Origin: Candidatus Velesiimonas alkalicola
GTDB taxonomy: Bacteria; Omnitrophota; Gorgyraeia; Velesiimonadales; Velesiimonadaceae
Direction of reading: 5' to 3'
Length of the DNA stretch: 64,000 nucleotides
NCBI GenBank assembly: GCA_013626165.1
Contig: NDHX01000003.1
Location: 115 to 64,114 of the forward strand
The translations under genes and the position numbers were made by a program. Shown here in pieces: positions 8,951 to 18,974 of this stretch (positions are counted from its first letter, which is position 1; each line of letters starts with the position of its first letter). The notes under the pieces were generated by a model, which saw only the letters and a list, made by a program, of their open reading frames with translations, ran no database searches and had not been told where the DNA came from.

Positions 8951-11401
8951 TTAATTTGCAACTTTATAGTCTCCGCTGTGTCTGTCTTCAAGTTCTGCAA
9001 GCTTTGAAGGATTCCAGTTGTTAATCCTGCTATAATATCCTACTATCCTTGTTATAGAGTATATGTCCTTGCTTAAACAGTGGACGCAAGCGCTGTGTAT
9101 GCCCCTTATAACTTTGCCACAATTGTTACATATACTGAATTCAGGTGATATTGTAAGTTGGGCACAGGATGATTTATAGAATGTCTTTTCAACAAGGTTT
9201 AATATGGATTGTGCAGACGGCATCTGTTCTCCAACAAAGGCATGGATAATCGCTCCTGATTCAATAAGGTTGTGGAACTTTGACTGTTTTTCAATCCTTG
9301 TTACAATATCCACAGGTGCGTCTGCCCTGAGATGTATTGAGTTTGTATAATATATAGTGTCATTTTCAATACTTCCTCTTACGACCGATGCCGCACTTTC
9401 AGGGTATGTTTTAAGGTCAACCTTTGCGAGCCTTCTTGTTGCGCTTTCAGCTGGGCTTTCTTCAAGAGAAAATCTTAAACCTGTTTTTTCAGTTTGCTCT
9501 TGTATTTTTAGATACATTCTTGCCACTATTTTTAAACCTGTTAAGAATGCTAAATCCGATTGATGGAGCTCTTCACCCGTTATAAATTGGACGCATTCGT
9601 TAAGTCCGATAAGTCCTATTATATATGTGCATTTATCAAGATCCACATATGGCCTTCCGTCCTGTGCAGGTTTCCCAATCTGCCATAGTGGCATATGCGG
9701 ATCTTTCATAAGGGAGGCAATAAATTGTTTCTTCTGAAGGTGTGCTCGGACACATATTTCTATCATATGATCAATTTCCTTATAAAGTTGACTTAAATTG
9801 TTCTTCTGAGCTCTGTATGCTGCCTGAGGAAGGTTTACTGTTACATTCTGGAATCCACAGAATCTCATTGATTCCGGATGCTCTATCATAAACTTGTCAT
9901 TTATCTTTTGACGAAGCCTGCAGCACATAGAGAGAACAACCTGGCTTCCCCTGTCAAAAACGAAATATACTGAACCATTGGTACTGGCAACCTCCCCAGC
10001 TGCTTTGAAAAGTTCAAACTGTTTTGGGTCTTCAAATGTTTCTTCCGACACATGAAAATCTGCCTTTGGAAATGCAAATGGTCTACCTAACATATCCCCT
10101 TCTTTCCAGACATCAAGCATAGCCTTACAAAACTCCTGTGAGATTGTTTCATAATCTTTATATGTCTTACCCGTATATTTCCCGTCAGGACCTATTGCAG
10201 GGATATTTTTTAAGTACTCTGGCACTCCTGTATGGATATTAAAATCTATAAAAAGGCTCTGTCCTCCGCGACTGAATGCATTCTGACTTCCTGAAAATAT
10301 CAAATGTTGTGCCTCCTGTTTCATTTCCTTATAGGTCATACCTTCAAGATACGGAGCTAAAAGTATGTTCAAGTAACCTATGCCGAGTGCTCCGGCATAA
10401 TAGGCCTGCATTGATGCAAGAAATGTATTCAGGTGCCCTGTAAGTGTTCTTGCATGCTTTGCAGGGGCGCTTGATGTATCAAGATTACAGATATGGGTAA
10501 GTCCATATTTTTTGATGTATTCAAGTGAATGGCTGGAACAGTAAACCCTTGTCGGATAACCAAGGTCATGGATATGTATAGCACCCTTTAGGTGCGCATC
10601 TGCAATATCGGAGGAGAATATGGATTGCAGAGCGTATTGTTTAAGTGTGTTTTCGGCAATTGCAAGATTTATTGCTTCTGGATTGTTTGATGTTATATTT
10701 GAATTTTCTTTTGTTTTTGAAAATACAAGTTGTTCAAGGTCATATACAGGCATACCTATAACAGAGGTTTTTGATATTTTTTTTGTTAATCCTTTTTCAA
10801 AAAGTTCATTATCAACAAGCTCACGGATAAGAGAGGTGGATATAACTGTTAAGCCTGAATTGATAATTCTCTGTTCAACCTTTGATGCTATCTCCCAAGA
10901 AAGCCCTTCTTCTATCTGAGCCTCTTTTTGAAGTGCACCTGCAATCCTTGCTTTGTCCCATGAAAGAAGTTCATGCCTGCTTGAAGCAGTTACAAGAAGA
11001 GAAACATCAGTTGAAGAAGTCTTTCCCCTCACATAGTGTCTTACCCTCATCTGTTCTCTTGTCTGTTGTCTTTTTTTTCTATAAATAATATATGCCTTTG
11101 CTGTTTTTGCATGACCTGTTTCAATAAGAACCTTCTCAACTATATCTTGTATCTGTTCTATCTCAGGGATATTTTTTTGAAATCTATTTTTTAAGTATAA
11201 TGTTACCGCATTGGCAATCTCCTCAGCCATCAAACGATCCTCACCGCCTACAGCCTTTGCAGCCTTGAATATGGCATCCGCTATCTTTGACCTATCAAAA
11301 GTAACAAGCCGCCCGTCTCTTTTTCTTACCTGTGTGAAATATTTAGCGGATGTAGTTGTTTGTTTTTCTTCTTTTTCTTTCAGAATTGTTTGTGCGGTCA
11401 T
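8951..11401 (-). CDS. nrdD: Anaerobic (class III) ribonucleoside-triphosphate reductase with two ATP cones
   Basis: VRKRDG ATP cone, IHIHDLG, SMCCRL, CxxC..CxxC, ITRIVGYY glycyl radical motif. Confidence 0.95.
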   Translation of the reverse strand: MTAQTILKEKEEKQTTTSAKYFTQVRKRDGRLVTFDRSKIADAIFKAAKAVGGEDRLMAEEIANAVTLYLKNRFQKNIPEIEQIQDIVEKVLIETGHAKTAKAYIIYRKKRQQTREQMRVRHYVRGKTSSTDVSLLVTASSRHELLSWDKARIAGALQKEAQIEEGLSWEIASKVEQRIINSGLTVISTSLIRELVDNELFEKGLTKKISKTSVIGMPVYDLEQLVFSKTKENSNITSNNPEAINLAIAENTLKQYALQSIFSSDIADAHLKGAIHIHDLGYPTRVYCSSHSLEYIKKYGLTHICNLDTSSAPAKHARTLTGHLNTFLASMQAYYAGALGIGYLNILLAPYLEGMTYKEMKQEAQHLIFSGSQNAFSRGGQSLFIDFNIHTGVPEYLKNIPAIGPDGKYTGKTYKDYETISQEFCKAMLDVWKEGDMLGRPFAFPKADFHVSEETFEDPKQFELFKAAGEVASTNGSVYFVFDRGSQVVLSMCCRLRQKINDKFMIEHPESMRFCGFQNVTVNLPQAAYRAQKNNLSQLYKEIDHMIEICVRAHLQKKQFIASLMKDPHMPLWQIGKPAQDGRPYVDLDKCTYIIGLIGLNECVQFITGEELHQSDLAFLTGLKIVARMYLKIQEQTEKTGLRFSLEESPAESATRRLAKVDLKTYPESAASVVRGSIENDTIYYTNSIHLRADAPVDIVTRIEKQSKFHNLIESGAIIHAFVGEQMPSAQSILNLVEKTFYKSSCAQLTISPEFSICNNCGKVIRGIHSACVHCLSKDIYSITRIVGYYSRINNWNPSKLAELEDRHSGDYKVAN

Positions 11402-11868
11402 ATTTTTCCTCCTTTTGTTTTCTTAATAAAGTCTTTTGTTTCGGTTATAAACTGGGTTGCATCTCTGAACTGTCTGTACACGGATGCAAACCTTACATAT
11501 GCTACCTCATCAAGGGTGTGCAATTTTTTCATAAGAAATTCGCCTATCTTTTTTGTATTTACCTCTTTTCCATTTTTTCTTTGCAATTTTCTTTCTAACC
11601 TATCAACTATCTGTGTAATCTTATCAGTGCTTATGGGCCTTTTTTCACAGGCTTTTATCAGCCCTGCAATTGTTTTGTTTCTGTTAAATGGCTCTCTTCT
11701 TCCATCTTTTTTTATTACCATAAGAGGAATGTTTTCTATTTGTTCATATGTTGTAAATCTTTTTTCACATTTAAGACATTCCCTTCGTCTTCTTATAGAT
11801 TCACCGTCCTGACTTGTTCTTGAATCTATTACCCTGTCTTCTATACTATTGCAAAAAGGACATTTCAT
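11398..11868 (-). CDS. nrdR: Transcriptional repressor NrdR
   Basis: MKCPFC..VIDSR..IRRRRECLKC..RFTTYE..AYVRFASVY. Confidence 0.97.
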   Translation of the reverse strand: MKCPFCNSIEDRVIDSRTSQDGESIRRRRECLKCEKRFTTYEQIENIPLMVIKKDGRREPFNRNKTIAGLIKACEKRPISTDKITQIVDRLERKLQRKNGKEVNTKKIGEFLMKKLHTLDEVAYVRFASVYRQFRDATQFITETKDFIKKTKGGKI

Positions 11869-11892
11869 ATTATACCCCAATTGAGCCCAAAA

Positions 11893-11939
11893 ACACAATG
11901 TATTGTGTATGCAACCAGTATATACACAATATATTGCGC
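11893..11939. promoter_or_regulatory. Tandem NrdR boxes
   Basis: ACACAATGTATTGTGT (11893) and ACACAATATATTGCGC (11924), 31 bp apart, upstream of nrdR-nrdD. Confidence 0.9.
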
Positions 11940-12020
11940 TTGTCAAGAGCCTAAAATCAGGCTAAATTTGGGGTAAAAACCTGAAAATACGAAAAGGATA
12001 CATTAAAATCTCTTTTTTTC

Positions 12021-13739
12021 TTAAATTTTCCTTGACAATAATAATTTTGCCTGTGTTTCTCCTCCATTTATAAGATAAAGAAGAGGAACTGGTCTGTCCA
12101 CACCTTCTATATAGCAGGGCCTTGAACTCCATGGAGTTACAGAAAGCACATTTGCAAGATCCGTCCAGTATTGTAACCTTGACGGTTCAAGTCCCCATAT
12201 CATATGAAAATGGTTCGCAGGCACATACTGTTTATATTCACCCATTGTTGCATATTTAGGAACAACAAATGTATGTGGCCATGTCAGTGTAGATGTCTTA
12301 CATACAGCATCTGATAGTTTGTCTGGAAGTTCTACCGTTTCTGCTTCGTCCCACACAAGTGAGAACATATTATTTACGGCACTATATGCCATTCTTCCCG
12401 CAATTCCTTTTATTCCCCCTGGTGATACAAATGTTATAGAATTTCCAAGCCCGGGGAAATATCCCTCATCTGCAATCGGAAAAGATACTTTTGACATAAT
12501 CTCTTTTACAGAAGCACCCGGCTTTGCCGCCCAGTTGAAAGAGGCGCTTCCTGAATTATCCCCATCAACAAATCCTCTTTTTTCCCATATATTTTTACCA
12601 TTAAGTTTTATACCCAGTTCTGTGGCAAGTTTTTTTATTTCCCAGGGTTCCCATACTTTCCTAAAATCCATAAAAAGAGGCGGATTTCCTCCTGTAAGAT
12701 ATGTAAAAAATAACATTGTAAGAAGTCCCTGAACATCAGCCTCTGTTGCATATGGAGTGGGCGGCTTCTTACCCTGATGGTCAAATGTAGAATTAAAAAG
12801 CGATTCCATAACATCTGCAACGGGAAGAGGTATCCCCCTTTTATCAGAACCCCATTCCAACTGACTCATAAAACCTCCTCCTACTGCATTAAGGTCTTTC
12901 ATAATATCCCTGGTTATAAGGTACATTGCAAGAGACTTATCAAATCTTTCATCGTCTTCACTGTTTCTTACCTGAATTTTAGTCCTGACAATCTTATCAA
13001 GCCAACCTCTTAAATCCTTTAACTCTTTTTCATTGTATGCCTTTTTTGCAAGCATATCGGCAAGAATCTTCATATCAAGCCGGGTAATTTCAATGCCAAA
13101 TATATTTCTTGTCGGAATTATATGGGCAAGTGCGGTTTCCATTCCCATTGAATCATGCCCAAACACAACGACCCTTCTTCCCTGCAAAGCCTTATATGCA
13201 ACAGCAGCATAACACCAATCTATAAGTGGTCTTGCTGTTGATTCGGTCATTTTTGGATCTATGCCAGTATCGGGCCAGGTTCCGACATTGATGTGCATCA
13301 TCTTCCCATACTGTGCAACCGCACCACTGCATGCATGAACATATACAACACCCGGCTTTGGACCGCTATTGCCGCAAACAAGGTTAAGGGGGGTATCCTT
13401 GGAGAATTGCTGGATAAGTGAGATAAGTGTAGGTTGGGGGAATGCCCATGTATCCGGTGCTCCTACAAGTATATTTACTCCTGCTGATTCAAACTGCCTT
13501 GCAACAATATCAGCCTGTTTTTCTCCATCAATTAATACATCGCTATAAACAACCATTACAGGTGAACCATCTGTAATCTTTACGCCTTCTGCAATAACAT
13601 CTGCTACCATCTGTATTATATTTGCAGCCCTTTTTCTTGAAGTCTTATCAATCCTCGGGTCACAGGGAGCAAACACACCTATAACAGGCTCTTTTATGGG
13701 TTTTAACCCTGATGTAGAAATTTTTATCGCTTTCTCCAT
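12021..13739 (-). CDS. L-fucose/D-arabinose isomerase family protein
   Basis: PCDPRID, KPGVVY, SMGM, ATEADVQG, TWPHTF, ANHFH. Confidence 0.8.
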   Translation of the reverse strand: MEKAIKISTSGLKPIKEPVIGVFAPCDPRIDKTSRKRAANIIQMVADVIAEGVKITDGSPVMVVYSDVLIDGEKQADIVARQFESAGVNILVGAPDTWAFPQPTLISLIQQFSKDTPLNLVCGNSGPKPGVVYVHACSGAVAQYGKMMHINVGTWPDTGIDPKMTESTARPLIDWCYAAVAYKALQGRRVVVFGHDSMGMETALAHIIPTRNIFGIEITRLDMKILADMLAKKAYNEKELKDLRGWLDKIVRTKIQVRNSEDDERFDKSLAMYLITRDIMKDLNAVGGGFMSQLEWGSDKRGIPLPVADVMESLFNSTFDHQGKKPPTPYATEADVQGLLTMLFFTYLTGGNPPLFMDFRKVWEPWEIKKLATELGIKLNGKNIWEKRGFVDGDNSGSASFNWAAKPGASVKEIMSKVSFPIADEGYFPGLGNSITFVSPGGIKGIAGRMAYSAVNNMFSLVWDEAETVELPDKLSDAVCKTSTLTWPHTFVVPKYATMGEYKQYVPANHFHMIWGLEPSRLQYWTDLANVLSVTPWSSRPCYIEGVDRPVPLLYLINGGETQAKLLLSRKI

Positions 13740-13779
13740 ACTTCCTCCATTCCAATATTATCTGACTACAATATATGTT

Positions 13780-14652
13780 TTACAATCCTGATTCTTCTAA
13801 TACATCAGGAACATATTTTTCCCACCCCAAAGGCATAATATGAATTCCCTGACATATATTTTTCATACCCTTAATAAGTTCAGCGGCAATCTTTATACTT
13901 GTTTTTACCCTATCTTCCTTTTTTGCTTCAGCCATCATTTTTATATATTTTTCCGGGACATTGATACCTGCAACCTTTTCGTTCATATACTTTGCCATCC
14001 CTGCTGATTTTAACAGAACAATTCCGCCAAGAATCGGAACCTTATATTTTTCTACAATTTTCATAAACCTCTCAAAGGCATTCAAATTATAGACTGCCTG
14101 TGTCTGAAAAAATCTTGCTCCTGCCATAATTTTTTTCTCCATTTTCATAATCTGCGGTTCAAGTGGATCAGAGGATGGACTTACAATTGCCCCAAGAAAA
14201 AATTTAGGGATTCCATCAAGCTCGTTTCCTTTCATATCTTTTCCATTCATCAAATCAGTCGCAACCTTCAATAAACTTATAGAATCTAAATCAAAAACCG
14301 GTTTCGCCTCAGGATGGTCCCCCAGAACAGGATGATCTCCTGTCAAAATAAGAATATTTCTTATTCCAAGGGCATGGGCGCTTAACAGATCCGATTGTAA
14401 AGCCAAACGGTTCCTATCCCTGCAGGTTGCTTGAAAAATCGGTTCAAGCCCTTTTTGAACAAGAAGGCAGGACACAGCAAGGGAGCCTAAACGCATCACA
14501 GAACTTTGTAAATCGGTAACATTGAAAGCATCAATCTTGTTCTTTATATGTTCTGCCTCTTTGATATGCAGTTCAATGTTTGTTCCTTTCGGAGGACCAA
14601 TCTCAGAAGTTATTACAAATTCCCCACGGGTAAGTTTTTTTGCAAAACTCAT
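13780..14652 (-). CDS. metF: Methylenetetrahydrofolate reductase, catalytic subunit
   Basis: EIGPPKG, TCRDRNRLALQSDLL, TGD, FQTQ. Confidence 0.93.
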   Translation of the reverse strand: MSFAKKLTRGEFVITSEIGPPKGTNIELHIKEAEHIKNKIDAFNVTDLQSSVMRLGSLAVSCLLVQKGLEPIFQATCRDRNRLALQSDLLSAHALGIRNILILTGDHPVLGDHPEAKPVFDLDSISLLKVATDLMNGKDMKGNELDGIPKFFLGAIVSPSSDPLEPQIMKMEKKIMAGARFFQTQAVYNLNAFERFMKIVEKYKVPILGGIVLLKSAGMAKYMNEKVAGINVPEKYIKMMAEAKKEDRVKTSIKIAAELIKGMKNICQGIHIMPLGWEKYVPDVLEESGL

Positions 14653-14690
14653 TCCCCCTCCATTTTCAACAAGGACACGCCAACAAATTC

Positions 14691-15326
14691 TCACTTGCCT
14701 GTTATATATCTCTGATAATTTCTTATTTTACACTCTGTTGCAATTTCTATTGCTCTTTTCTGTTCTTTTAGTCTGTTATAAATTCTCACCCATCCACATT
14801 CCATCTGTGGATTTACCTCGCATTTCCCATTTTTGTATCCGCCACAGGGACCGTTTAATAAATATTTTGCACAGGCAGTTATGGGACATATACCCCCTGT
14901 ACTGTTAAGATAACATTCACCACACTGCCTACAATCAGAAGGTTGAATATCTAACCCCTGAAATCCATTTACATAAGAGGTATCGCAACCGGTAAAAACA
15001 TACCTTTCTTCTTCACCTAACAATAAGATTTGTGATATTATTTTTGAGATAACCCCAACACCTACGCCACAGGAAAAAACAAGGATTGATTTTGAATTTT
15101 CTATATCGTTTTTATATTTTTCCATATATTCTTTTGAAAAATCCTCATTGCATAAATAATCAAGACGAACAATTCCTGATATTCTCTCCCGGTTTTCAGA
15201 TAAAAACTCATTAATCTCTTCTTCCGGGAAATATACTTCTTTACATCCATAACATTTAATAACAAAAGGGGTTAAGGCAACCAACAGGTCAATATCTTCT
15301 TTCTTCTTAATTTTTGTTATAAGCAT
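14691..15326 (-). CDS. metV: MTHFR small Fe-S subunit MetV
   Basis: SCGVGV, CRQCGECYL..GGICPITACAKYLLNGPCGG..CEV..CGW. Confidence 0.85.
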   Translation of the reverse strand: MLITKIKKKEDIDLLVALTPFVIKCYGCKEVYFPEEEINEFLSENRERISGIVRLDYLCNEDFSKEYMEKYKNDIENSKSILVFSCGVGVGVISKIISQILLLGEEERYVFTGCDTSYVNGFQGLDIQPSDCRQCGECYLNSTGGICPITACAKYLLNGPCGGYKNGKCEVNPQMECGWVRIYNRLKEQKRAIEIATECKIRNYQRYITGK

Positions 15327-17305
15327 TTTCCCTTTGCTCTCTTTATAAAACTCAATATATCTATTTTAGATGAACATATATAATTACAGGAACCGCATTC
15401 AATACAGTTTTTGACCCTATAATTTTTAGTTTCCTCCCACATCTGCCTTTCTCCATAATAAACATAATTCAAGGGCAAAAGTTCAACAGGGCACACAGAA
15501 ACACATCTTCCACATTTAATACATTCTCTTTCTTCTTTTGATTCAACAGGATATTTTTTTAAAATTGTAAAACCGCCTGTTCCTTTAATAACGGCTGAAT
15601 CAAGATTCTTTTGAAGAATACCCATCATTGGACCACCCATAAATATATTATATTCTTCAAAGATATTCTTATTATGCATACCAAGATAAAAATCAAGAAT
15701 ATTTTTTAATGGAGTTCCTATCTTAACAATAAAATTCCCGTCTTTACCAACACCGTCTCCTGAAACTGTTATAACTCTGTCTATTAATGGTATCCCTTCA
15801 AATATTGCCTTGTATATCGCAAGGGCTGTTCCAACATTTATAACAATAGAACCAACCTCTATTGGAAGACCGCCTTCTGGAACATTTTTCCCTGTCAACC
15901 GCTTAATTAACATCTTTTCCGCTCCCTGAGGATACTTTGTCCTTAATGACAAAACAGTTATATCAGAAGAAGAATATTTCTGTAATATCTCTATTGCTTC
16001 TTTCTTGTTATCCTCTATTCCAATGATTGTATTTTTAGGATTTGCAATCTTTTGAAGAACTTTTATGCCCTTTAATATTTTTTCAGGGTACTCTATCATT
16101 ATCCTGTTATCTGTATTAAGATATGGTTCGCATTCACATCCATTAACAATTAATGTTTCAATTGATTTTTTTGAAACCTCAAAAAGAAACTTAACATATG
16201 TGGGAAACATTGCCCCACCAAGCCCGACGATTCCTTTTTCCTTTAATATCTCTATAATGTTTTCTTTTGATAAACCTTCAAAATCAACCGGTTTTATTGA
16301 TTCATCCATAGTATTCTTCCCGTTATTTTCTATAATAATTGCTGGAATTGGTTTTTGTAATGTTGGATGTATTTTTTCTTCAATTTTTACAACCCTTCCG
16401 CTTATACTTGAATGTATTGTAGATGATATCACACCTGTGCTTTCTGCTATCTTCTGACCCATCTTTACTGTATCGCCTTCTTTTACTATCGGTTTTGATA
16501 AAGAACCCGTATGTTGAGAAATAAATATTAATACATATGGGGGCTCTGGAAAATTTAGTATTCTTGCCCTGCTTGTGTTTTCTTTTGAATCCAATGGATG
16601 GACTCCTCCATAAAAACCTTCCTGCCTTTTGCTTAAAGATATTTCGGAATATTTCTTTTTTTCATCAAAATTAAATCTGTTAAAATCTCTTACCTGTATT
16701 TCAGAACAAAATAATTTATTCTGTTTTTTTAGTCTGTTATAAATGTCTTCCCAGGCGCAAGGTATATCGGGGTTAACCTCGCATTTTCCGTTTTTTACAC
16801 CACCACAGGGACCGTTCAAAAGAGACTTAGAACAATTGACTATAGGGCATATCCCTCCTGTTAAATTTAAGTAGCATTGAGAACAGGCAGCACATTTTTC
16901 TTTACTCAGCGATACTCCGTGAAACCCCTCAGGACTTGTTGAATTTCCACTTTGTGGTATTGAATCGCAAAGGGCAAAAATCCTTTTATCAGGGAATTTC
17001 TCAGAAACAAATTGCACCCCAAGTCCGCAGGCTATAATTCCTATTGAATCAAAACTATTTACACCCAACTCAATAAGTTTTTCCGCTGTATGATGATTAT
17101 TACAAAGAAAATCAATACCTGTCCATCCTTTTATTTTGGAGTTCTCCTCTCCCAATATTTCATTTAATCTTTCGCATTCAGGCTCAATATCTGTTTTATA
17201 TTTTTTATAGCACTTTTTACACCAGAGATTAAATATAGAATTTATTTCTCTAAAAATATTTTTTATTTCATCGTCCGGTTTTAAACCATATTTTGTATAA
17301 TCCAT
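15317..17305 (-). CDS. MetV-domain / RnfC fusion protein
   Basis: N-terminal ~225 aa carry the MetV cysteine pattern; then GGVHP, GLGGAMFPT, NGCECEPYL, YPQGAEK, GGPMMG and two CxxCxxCxxxC motifs of RnfC. Confidence 0.88.
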   Translation of the reverse strand: MDYTKYGLKPDDEIKNIFREINSIFNLWCKKCYKKYKTDIEPECERLNEILGEENSKIKGWTGIDFLCNNHHTAEKLIELGVNSFDSIGIIACGLGVQFVSEKFPDKRIFALCDSIPQSGNSTSPEGFHGVSLSKEKCAACSQCYLNLTGGICPIVNCSKSLLNGPCGGVKNGKCEVNPDIPCAWEDIYNRLKKQNKLFCSEIQVRDFNRFNFDEKKKYSEISLSKRQEGFYGGVHPLDSKENTSRARILNFPEPPYVLIFISQHTGSLSKPIVKEGDTVKMGQKIAESTGVISSTIHSSISGRVVKIEEKIHPTLQKPIPAIIIENNGKNTMDESIKPVDFEGLSKENIIEILKEKGIVGLGGAMFPTYVKFLFEVSKKSIETLIVNGCECEPYLNTDNRIMIEYPEKILKGIKVLQKIANPKNTIIGIEDNKKEAIEILQKYSSSDITVLSLRTKYPQGAEKMLIKRLTGKNVPEGGLPIEVGSIVINVGTALAIYKAIFEGIPLIDRVITVSGDGVGKDGNFIVKIGTPLKNILDFYLGMHNKNIFEEYNIFMGGPMMGILQKNLDSAVIKGTGGFTILKKYPVESKEERECIKCGRCVSVCPVELLPLNYVYYGERQMWEETKNYRVKNCIECGSCNYICSSKIDILSFIKRAKGKCL

Positions 17306-17307
17306 AG

Positions 17308-18309
17308 TTAGATTCCTGCCTGCATTTTGGTTGTCTGAACAATATTTTTAAGAAGAATTGCAACAGTCATAGGTCCTACGCCTCCTGGGACGGGTGTAAT
17401 CCAGGAGCATTTCTCTTTTGCTTTTTCAAAATCCACATCACCGACTGTTTTCATTTTCGGTTTGCCCTTTTCATTTAATAAAGGATTGCCATTGTGGTCA
17501 AAACCTTCAGGGATTCTGTTTATGGCAATGTCTATGACGGTGCTTCCTTCTTTTATCATACCTGCTTTGATAAGAGCAGATAAATCCGGGACTTTCGGTA
17601 TGGGAAGTGTTTTGTCCTGGCTATATTTCTTCAGTTCCGAATTGTATTTTAACCACACTGCCTGTGATCTACCTGCTGCTGAAAATATAATATCTGCTCT
17701 TTTTGTATGAAAGGCAAGGTCTTTTGTTGCAATATGACAGACTGTAACTGTCGGAGATTCTGTTATTGACTGAAGAAGAAGCATTGCAACCGGCTTTCCC
17801 ACAATCTCACTGTGTCCTACAATAACTGCTTCTAGTCCTTTTAATCTTACACCTGTTGATTTAAGAAGTTCTACTGCACCAAGTGCGGTGCAGGGCCCGA
17901 TTATATTTGTTGCAGATACAAGACGCCCCATATTTGAAGGATGAAGCCCTTCAACATCTTTTTCAGGAGATATTGATACCTGAATCTTTCTTGCATCAAT
18001 GCCCTGGGGCAGAGGCATCTGAAGTATTATACCGGTTATATTCTTATTACTATTTAGTTTCTTAATCTCAGAAAGTATATTTTCTTCTGTTTCTGTGTCC
18101 GACATCTGGTCAAGTGTATACAATATACCCATCTGCTCACAGGTTTTCTGTTGTTGTCCCACATATATTTTTGAGGCTGGATTTTCACCCAATTGAACAG
18201 CAACAAGATAAGGCACTTTGCCTTTTGATTTTAATTCTGATATTTCTTTTTTTAATTTCTCTTTTATTCTGCCTGCAAGGACCTCACCATCAAGTATTTT
18301 TGCTGACAC
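17308..18309 (-). CDS. folD: Methylene-THF dehydrogenase/cyclohydrolase
   Basis: KDVEGLH, PCT, GHSEIVGKP, ITPVPGGVGPMT. Confidence 0.95.
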   Translation of the reverse strand: MSAKILDGEVLAGRIKEKLKKEISELKSKGKVPYLVAVQLGENPASKIYVGQQQKTCEQMGILYTLDQMSDTETEENILSEIKKLNSNKNITGIILQMPLPQGIDARKIQVSISPEKDVEGLHPSNMGRLVSATNIIGPCTALGAVELLKSTGVRLKGLEAVIVGHSEIVGKPVAMLLLQSITESPTVTVCHIATKDLAFHTKRADIIFSAAGRSQAVWLKYNSELKKYSQDKTLPIPKVPDLSALIKAGMIKEGSTVIDIAINRIPEGFDHNGNPLLNEKGKPKMKTVGDVDFEKAKEKCSWITPVPGGVGPMTVAILLKNIVQTTKMQAGI

Positions 18310-18971
18310 TATTTTCCTCCATTTTTCCTGTTAGCGGTCATCTTATTTTTTACTATATCAAGCGTATTTTTACTTGTTTTTTCTATCTCTTTTGTGATAA
18401 CTTCAAGTTCATTTTTTGCACACTGGATAAACACCTCATCTTTTATTGAAGACAAATTTATCTGGACATTAAGCACAGCTGATCTGTATGCAGACTCAAG
18501 CAACAATACTCCTACACCGACATCGCTTATCAGATTTTTATTACATTTTTGTGCAAGCTCTTCACACATTTTTATAGACCGAAAACAGGTCTTACATATT
18601 TCAAAAGGAACGCTTGTTGCAGATTTTAGTGCATCCTGTATCTTTTCATATCTGTTTGGGTCCTTTTTTGGTATTTTCCAAGCCTGTCTTATTTTTTTAT
18701 ACACCAATACATCTTCATCCACAAGTTCCATAAGTTTTTTTCTACAAGATTCTGTTATATTTAAGAAAAGTTTAATATCTTCTTCTACATCTTTATATTT
18801 TTCTTTACCAAGGGTAAGGTTTGCAGACATAGAAAGACAGGCGCAACCTATTGCACCTGTAAGTGCAGAAGCACTCCCTCCTCCCGGTGCAGGAAGGTTT
18901 GAGGCAAGGTCGTTTAAGTAGACTTCAAAAGATTTATAATATTTAGTGTTTATTTCTTCTTTAGGTACCAT
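18309..18971 (-). CDS. Methenyl-THF cyclohydrolase / cyclodeaminase (FchA-like)
   Basis: PAPGGGSASA, NLISDVG, LNVQINL. Confidence 0.88.
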   Translation of the reverse strand: MVPKEEINTKYYKSFEVYLNDLASNLPAPGGGSASALTGAIGCACLSMSANLTLGKEKYKDVEEDIKLFLNITESCRKKLMELVDEDVLVYKKIRQAWKIPKKDPNRYEKIQDALKSATSVPFEICKTCFRSIKMCEELAQKCNKNLISDVGVGVLLLESAYRSAVLNVQINLSSIKDEVFIQCAKNELEVITKEIEKTSKNTLDIVKNKMTANRKNGGK

Positions 18972-18974
18972 TTT

